From contig CP068257.2 of the NCBI GenBank assembly GCA_009914755.4, forward strand, positions 43,104,001-43,168,000: a DNA stretch of 64,000 nt, read 5' to 3'. The stretch comes from the human T2T-CHM13v2.0 reference genome, Homo sapiens. The notes below the pieces were generated by a model. The model was not told where the DNA came from and did not search any database. It worked only from the letters and a program-made list of their open reading frames with translations. Positions 57,700 through 64,000 of the stretch are shown here, piece by piece (the stretch's first letter is position 1; the number at the start of each line of letters is the position of its first letter). The position numbers were made by a program, and so were the translations under genes.

Positions 57700-58900
57700 A
57701 CAAGCCCGCAAAGACTCAACTGTGTGTGCTCTCAACTAACACGGCGCCGGCGCTGCCTTTACTGATGCTGGGAAGGCTTCTCTTCACGACTTCACGCGTG
57801 AGAGTGGGCAGCGGGCGCAGGGCGCGGCACTCCGCGGGACCCACAGGGGGGCTCACGGTGGAGGCCCCGGGCCCGGCTCCCCCGCCAGGCTCCCTGCCCC
57901 AGCCCCGCCGGACGACGCGGGCCCGGGAGCAGGAACGCGGGACGCTGCTGACGGCCCGGGTCCCCAGACTCACGTTTGTACTCGGCCATCAGCCTCTTGA
58001 GCGCGGTCCCCGCCATGGCCCCGCAACAGCTGCGCCGAGCGACCTCGCCTCAGCCGCGCGCGTGCCTCCTGCCCCGACACCGGGGACTGCTTCCGGGCCA
58101 CCGTCGCGGGCCCAGGAACTCTTCCGGGGCGTGGCGCGTGCGCGATCGCCGAGGCGCGCTGTCCGGGTGGTGGGAGCTCAACCCGCGACCGCGGCTACGG
58201 TTCTCTTGGCTCCTGCCCTCGCCTTAGTCGCTCTGCGGGGTTGGTTCGGTCCCGGCACTTCCAGAGGCCTCAGGGTCCTGGTCTTGTAGAGACTTCCTGA
58301 ACGGTGGCGCCTGTTCCAGTGTGTGTGCGCTAACTGCCTGTTCTGTGCCAGCCGCGCGTGGCCGAAGGGCGGGAGGACGGGGGTTGTGGAGGGGAGGATG
58401 GAGGTTGGGGAGACAGGGCGGGGACGAGATAAGAGGTCGGGGGGTGGGGAGGATGGTCGCGGGGCGGTCTGGGGCTGGAGACAAGGGGCCTGAGGTGCGG
58501 GTACGCACTGAACATTCCAACCGTCCCCAGCCGGCCGGGTTTCAGGTTTGAAAAGGTGGGAAGGTTAGCTGTCCTGGCGCTTTTCCTCCACGTGTTGTGC
58601 GGCTCCGCTGGAGTTCGGGTCCAGCACCTTCTACTCCGAGGGAGAGAGCCGCGGGGAGAGCCCTGTTCGGGCCCGCGGCTCGAACTGACCGCCGGCTCTG
58701 CCGAGCAGCCTCGACCCCAGGGCACCCCCGGGAGAGAGGGCGCGGCTCAGGTCCCTGCCCGAACCCCTGGGGTGCTGAGAGACTCCCCAGCGCCCCGCGT
58801 GGGCTCCCGGCCTCTCCACAGTTGAGGATCCTGTAAGGGGCGAGCCCTTTTTCCCATAATGGCTGTAGTGAGTGGGTGTGCTTTCCCGATTGACCCGCTG
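57700..58900 (-). promoter_or_regulatory. UBE2G2: CpG-island promoter/5'UTR of UBE2G2, with CCGGAAG (ETS/GABP-type) motifs at ~58090 and ~58120 on the minus strand and no TATA box
   Basis: Very high CpG density from ~57730 to ~58870. The UBE2G2 ATG at 58016 lies within it. Confidence 0.75.
57974..58016 (-). CDS. UBE2G2: UBE2G2 exon 1 CDS: MAGTALKRLMAEYK(Q), ATG at 58016
   Basis: Reverse complement atggcggggaccgcgctcaagaggctgatggccgagtacaaac|gtgagt. Exact N-terminus of UBE2G2. Confidence 0.95.
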
Positions 58901-60757
58901 TGAGGTGAGCGATTTTAACCCACATCCTTACTGACTTCACAGCACAGTAGGTGCTTCGTGGCTGTCCGGTGCAAGGATGTATATACACACACACCTTTGC
59001 AAAAAAAGTTTGCATCTCTTGCCTGGCTGTTTGTTGCAATAATCTATCATTTGTCTTTTCCTTTCCAGCATTGCAGATGATCCCTTGAAAAGAAGTCTGA
59101 TCACATTCACACTCTGCTCCGCCCATTTCACTCAGTAAAGCTGAAGTCCTGCAGTGCTTTGCTCTGCCTCCGGTCACCCCGCCATACTCCCAGACCCTCC
59201 CTCCCTCTCACTCCACTCCAGCTGCCCTGGCCTGGTTCAGAGTCCCTGACTCTTCCCTCCCCGGAAACACTTTCTGGCGGCTCTTGTCCCCGACTCTTCC
59301 CACCTGCTCTTTCAGTCTTTGCTCAAATGTTGCCTCTTCAGTGTGGCCTAGGCCGTCACCACCCGGCCTTCACCGCATACCTTTTTCTCTGCAACACCTA
59401 CTCAACACACCGTACTATAGAACTTACTGGCATGCTATAAATGTATTACCCTTATCTGTTGCCTCTAACCAAAAGCGTGTTCCATGAGAGCCATGGGTCC
59501 CTGCCTACTTCTGTCTTGTTTCTGGGGCAGCCTCTGTACCTGGACATCGTATACTCTTAACACGGATTTGTCAAATCAAATGAAATTTAACAATACAAAC
59601 TTCACAAGTATGCATAGTGTAGGAAAATTCCCCAAAATTCAAAATTTCAGTCTACCTCCATCTTTTCAAATGACCACAGTGCTTTATAAAATGACATGGT
59701 CCTTTGAGACTGTTTCAGAGAGTAATTTGTGCAAATGCAATGTGCAAAAAGTCACAGTGGAGGTGTTTCCTCCCCCATTCAAGAGCTGCTCTCTCTCTAA
59801 TCAGACAGCACCCCACACCCCAAGGCAGTCTGTCCAGTGCTCCTAAAGGAGAGCAGCTCCCCTTTTCCAGTTATGGGAGATGTGGGCAATAAAGCATTAC
59901 TGTCAATGCCGTGATGTTCACTGCAACATATGCTTGATGTTTTCATAATTTTATCCATCTTTTTCAGACATCTTACTGCAGAACACTGTATGTTTTCCAA
60001 TTATTATTTTTCAGAAATGTGGTTTACAGCTTCTATCAGGATTAGCTTCAGCTTCAAGTGACAAAAGTCACTTGAAATATGAGTTGCTGAAACAAGATGG
60101 CAGTCTCTCCCCTCAACAGGACTGTTACAACACCTTATCTTCAGAGAACCAGGCTCTCTGCAACATTTCAGGGACGTCGTTCAGTACCTTATGTGGAATT
60201 CAAGCTTAGCTGGGCATCCTATGTTTTAACTGGCTAACTCGTGGAACTCTCAACTTGGATCAAGTGGTAGTGGAGTCCCAGGGACTCTGAGCAGCCAGTG
60301 TGTGATACTGCAGGGCAGCACACCCTGGGGAGGCCAACTGTACAGAATAAAATTAATGCTTTCTATCTTTAGCAACTAAAGTTCTGAAATATAAAAAGGA
60401 CCTCACAGCTTAACCCATGTTATACGGTGGGGTTTTCCCATGAACATCACGCGTTTCCAGCTGGGCACTCCTGCAGCATGGCTAAGATGACAACTCAAGT
60501 TCCCTGGGAGTGGGGGTTCCTGGGATGTGAACCTTTCGGTGCAAAAACTGGAGAAGTTCCAGTTGGGACCCCAGGCATAGATACTAGGATAAATAGGGCC
60601 TCTCTCCTCCAGGAGCATCAATTTAACCCAAAGATTCTTGGAGTCAGTTTCACATAAGTAATCTTGTTGAAAATAGTAATCCCAACAGATCTATTTTTCC
60701 AAATGCACCATTTGCATAAATCTCAGAAAAAAGACAACTTCAAGAACATACCTTTGC

Positions 60758-60851
60758 TGGGCACCATGGCTCATGCCTGTAATCCCAACTACTTGGCAGG
60801 CTGAGGCACGAGGATCACTTGAGGCCAGGAGTCTGAGATCAGCTTGGGCAA
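60758..60851 (+). mobile_element. Alu left-arm fragment
   Basis: ggcaccatggctcatgcctgtaatcccaactacttggcaggctgaggcacgaggatcacttgaggccaggag. Confidence 0.8.
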
Positions 60852-60855
60852 CTGA

Positions 60856-61042
60856 TTTATGGTTTGGATTTGTGTCCATGCCCTTCCTCTTCTGCCATGA
60901 TTATAAGTTTCCTGAGGCCTCCCTAGCCATGCTTCCTGTACAGCCTACAGAACTATGAGTCAATTAAACCTCTTTTCTTTATAAATTACCCAGTCTCAGG
61001 TAGTTCTTTATAGTAATGTGAGGATGCACTAATACAGCAATA
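60856..61042 (+). mobile_element. MaLR LTR fragment (MSTA-like, internally deleted)
   Basis: tggtttggatttgtgtcc...ccatgcttcctgtacagcctacagaactatgagtcaattaaacctcttttctttataaattacccagtctcagg...actaatacag. Confidence 0.75.
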
Positions 61043-62099
61043 TAGTGAGAGCTCCATCTCTACAAATCTTTTTTAGAAAGACAGGACATCCTGCTGGTTC
61101 TGCTGTGAGGTGTTGTGGGTGGAAGTTCAAGCAGCGCTGCCCTAATACATCCACATATGCTCCTGGCCATTATTCTTATCTAACCTACGGTGCCTGGGAC
61201 ACATCCCTTTCCTCATTGATTTTGGCAGCCGCTTCGCCCCAGGCTGCCTAGGGAATCTGGCAGATGTCCCCATCCTGTATTGTGCCTTAATCCGTGCACT
61301 CTTCCTGGTGCAAGTGAATCACGTGTTCCATCTCCACAGCTGCCCATCTTTCTTCACCTTGGGTTCATTCAACTGATGGGCTAAAACAGCTCATTTTCAA
61401 CCTGGGTTTTGTTACACCACTGCACACTGGGAAATTCTTAAAGCCAAATCAATGTCAGTTCAGTTTCAAAGCAGATAGGTAAGTTGTCCATGGCAGAAGG
61501 AAAGCTGACTTACATTCAAACACCAGAAAACGAGAGATGTCCTAGACTAACACCCAAGCTCACCTGCCTCTAAAATCCACCCTTTCTTTACATACGAAAC
61601 CCAGGAGAGGGAGGGTAACATGTCACAGTGATGCCAGCTCAGACAGCTGTCAGCCAGGAGGTCTCTGAGGAGAGGATGCATCCCTCAGCAGGAAGAAGGC
61701 TGGACTAGCATTGGTGATGTGCCAGGGGAGGGGAAATGAGCTGCCAGGCGAATACTAACCTTCCAGCGGCTAGCTTTTCAATCAAAGTTTCTCAGTGCAG
61801 TGGCTGCCTGGAATGGTCAATTCAAACACTGAATTGTACCAGTATGCCCCAACCTTCAAATGCAGTGTTTAGTAGAAGCCAAGAGACAGAATACCAAACT
61901 ATATTTACTGTTTACAGTAGTAAAGGACAACAAATAATGTACAAATTGGTGAATAAACACAACAGAGCCAACAAACATCCCACCCGAGCCCATACAGCAA
62001 ACAGGAAATGAGAACATTTCAGCAAGATTTCAAGCAAGCAAGAGATGATGGGTCATTGTTCAGGTGACTGTAAAAAGGCAGAGAATGGCCACCAAGCAG

Positions 62100-63218
62100 C
62101 AATGGAGCCTCAGGGAAGGACAATAGGCAGAACTATGAAAATGTTTAATTGGTATAGATCCCAAAATATTTCACAGAACTGAAATCACCAGACTAATGCA
62201 TAAATTCAATACCTATTTGGAAAGCAGCACGGCACAAACCCACGAGAAGAACATGAAGTCATCATTCCATGGGTTCATTTGTAACCACACTTGGAAGTAG
62301 CTCTTATACACGACAACATAACTGCAAATTCAGCAATACTTAGTCTTACTTTTTTATGTATAGACCATAATCATTCATCAGAAGCAAATACTAGAAGAAA
62401 TCTGAGGCCACAACACCATTACCAAATGAGAAATGTGGGAATTTCTTCAATATTAAGAGGGAGAAAAAGGCCAATTTTGGTTGTGCCAATCCTTGCCTGT
62501 GTACCAACGCCAGGTACTGAGCAGGGAGTGGGGTGGGAGGGGTGGCAGGGGGGTGGGTCCTGGGCCTCAGACCCCGAGGTTACATGCTTGAGGGCCAGAG
62601 AGCACGTGGGGTCAAATTACCAAAAGACTCGGTTATTTTTTAACCTTTGAAGAAGCATTCCAGTATTTTCCCTTCAACTTTTCCATATACTGACAAAGCT
62701 TAAATTTGCAATATTTAGCATTTTAATCACCTGTGCCTGTAACAGCAAGTGACAGTCTGTCCTCCCTACCAACCTTGCCCCCAATACCTGTCCAACAGCT
62801 GCATCCCCACTGCGGGAAACACCAATTCTCTATGTGACTGGAGTGAGCAGGGGAGAGGCAACCAACTCAGGAGTCAGATCCCTGGCCAGACTAAAAGCGA
62901 ACATTCAGGCTATAATTTTGGGGTTAAAAAAATGTTGTAGGAGGGGGGGAAAACACAAATGAGCACACAAAAGTACCCACAATATCTTGCAACTCATTTT
63001 ACCTGAACAAAGATAACAATTCTGATTGGCCCAATTTAAGTTACAGATTCATCCCTGCAGATATAGTTTTGAGTTGCACTTGAAGTACATCAAAGAGAGG
63101 AAAATCATCGTGGTGAATGTCCTCGAGTTTCCGCAGACACCTTTGTGGTCGGCATGGTCACGTGCTCACCATTCAACAGCAATGCGAGGATGGACGGCCC
63201 GGGCTGGGGACGGGCCCT
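62100..63218 (-). other. SUMO3: SUMO3 3'UTR (3' end not fixed; candidate ATTAAA signals at complement 62144-62149 and 62722-62727)
   Basis: Lies downstream of the SUMO3 stop on the minus strand. The end is inferred from the known ~3.6-kb UBE2G2-SUMO3 spacing. Confidence 0.45.
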
Positions 63219-63308
63219 CTAGAAACTGTGCCCTGCCAGGCTGCTCTCCGGCACACCTCCCGTCTGCTGCTGGAACACGTCGATGGTGTCCTCGTCCTCC
63301 ATCTCCAG
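63219..63308 (-). CDS. SUMO3: SUMO3 last coding exon: [29 protein letters not shown]
   Basis: The reverse complement translates exactly to the SUMO3-specific C-terminus. An acceptor (gacag|CTG) precedes it, so this is the spliced gene and not a retro-pseudogene. Confidence 0.9.
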
Positions 63309-64000
63309 CTGTCATGGTTGTCACAACAGGCACAGCGAGAGAGAGGGGAGCCTGTTAGTTTTCATCAGAGAGTGGGAAGATCCTCACTGGCATGAGTGTT
63401 CCCTGACACTAGCGACATCACCTGGTCACACCTTGGCTCTTGTCCGTCCCCTCACTGCAGCTCAGCACGCATGGAAGAGGCATTGCTGTATGCTCACTAC
63501 AGCCCTTACGGTTCAGCAAGCTTCCCCTAACAAAACTCACAAAAGCAGATTCAAAGCTAAAATGTTAACTGAGAGAAAAACTGAGTCTAGAAGATAAACT
63601 GAAATGTCTAAAATTCTTACTGAAAATTACACAAAATCAGATTCTAATTAAGAACATCTGATTAGCAGCACTGAGTCCTAGGACCCACAGGAGCCTTGCG
63701 CTTTATACCAAGTGCGAGGGACCATGCCATGAAAGCCAAAGCCCCCAGCTCACAGAAGGGCCCGTCAAGTGAGGGTCCATTGCCAGCTTCTCCCCGCCCC
63801 TCCCCATTTAAAGCCCAGGCAAGGTAGTGAAACACCCCCGCTCACTTCTCTCCTCCTGACACAGTGGGCGCAAAACACCCACCCTGATCTTCTTCCATCC
63901 TCTAAGCAAGAGGAAGCTTCTGCCAGTTCCTACACAGACTCAGCAAGGCTGGAAGTAGTCATGCTCCCAGATGGAAAGGAGTCCCATCAGGGCTGTCGGC

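Noticed and set aside
57498-58289. 263-aa + strand ORF across the CpG island
   Set aside because: It is antisense to the verified UBE2G2 exon 1, and is Arg/Pro/Ala-rich as expected from GC-rich DNA. It is a chance ORF.
58542-59177. 211-aa minus-strand ORF just upstream of the UBE2G2 promoter
   Set aside because: It lies in the GC-rich CpG-island flank and has low-complexity composition. The real UBE2G2 ATG is at 58016, and there is no evidence of coding.
63309-64000. Search for the preceding SUMO3 exon (…[24 protein letters not shown]) upstream of the last exon
   Set aside because: No matching reverse-complement translation was found in the remaining ~700 bp. That exon presumably lies beyond the window end.

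Overview
This window is human genomic DNA, not prokaryotic. It holds many Alu SINEs, L1 3' fragments, MaLR/THE1 LTR elements, a Tigger1 DNA transposon and GC-rich minisatellites. I identify it as the chr21q22.3 UBE2G2-SUMO3 locus in reference orientation. The complete UBE2G2 gene (ubiquitin-conjugating enzyme E2 G2, 165 aa) lies on the minus strand as six coding exons. Exon 1 is at 57974-58016, exon 2 at 44320-44355, exon 3 at 44180-44225, exon 4 at 33556-33674, exon 5 at 29804-29944 and exon 6 at 27634-27746. Their lengths sum to exactly 498 nt (165 codons plus stop) with canonical GT/AG splice sites, and the translation equals the UBE2G2 protein as I recall it. A roughly 2.3-kb 3'UTR runs down to poly(A) signals near 25322-25416. 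A CpG-island promoter spans about 57700-58900. The last coding exon of SUMO3, encoding [29 protein letters not shown], is on the minus strand at 63219-63308, with its 3'UTR running toward UBE2G2. Positions 1-25300 are intergenic, GC-rich, subtelomere-like sequence with several minisatellites (60-bp unit at 6341-6682; 17-18-bp unit x ~49 at 19941-20800), polypurine and alternating purine/pyrimidine tracts, and a ~240-bp-arm inverted duplication at 5487-6229. I see no tRNA or rRNA, no CRISPR array, and no evidence of any prokaryote-type or otherwise undescribed system. The long ORFs in the six-frame track are almost all artefacts of GC-rich repeats, Alus or the CpG island. Repeat boundaries are approximate (about +/-10-50 bp), and no BLAST, RepeatMasker or RNA data could be consulted.
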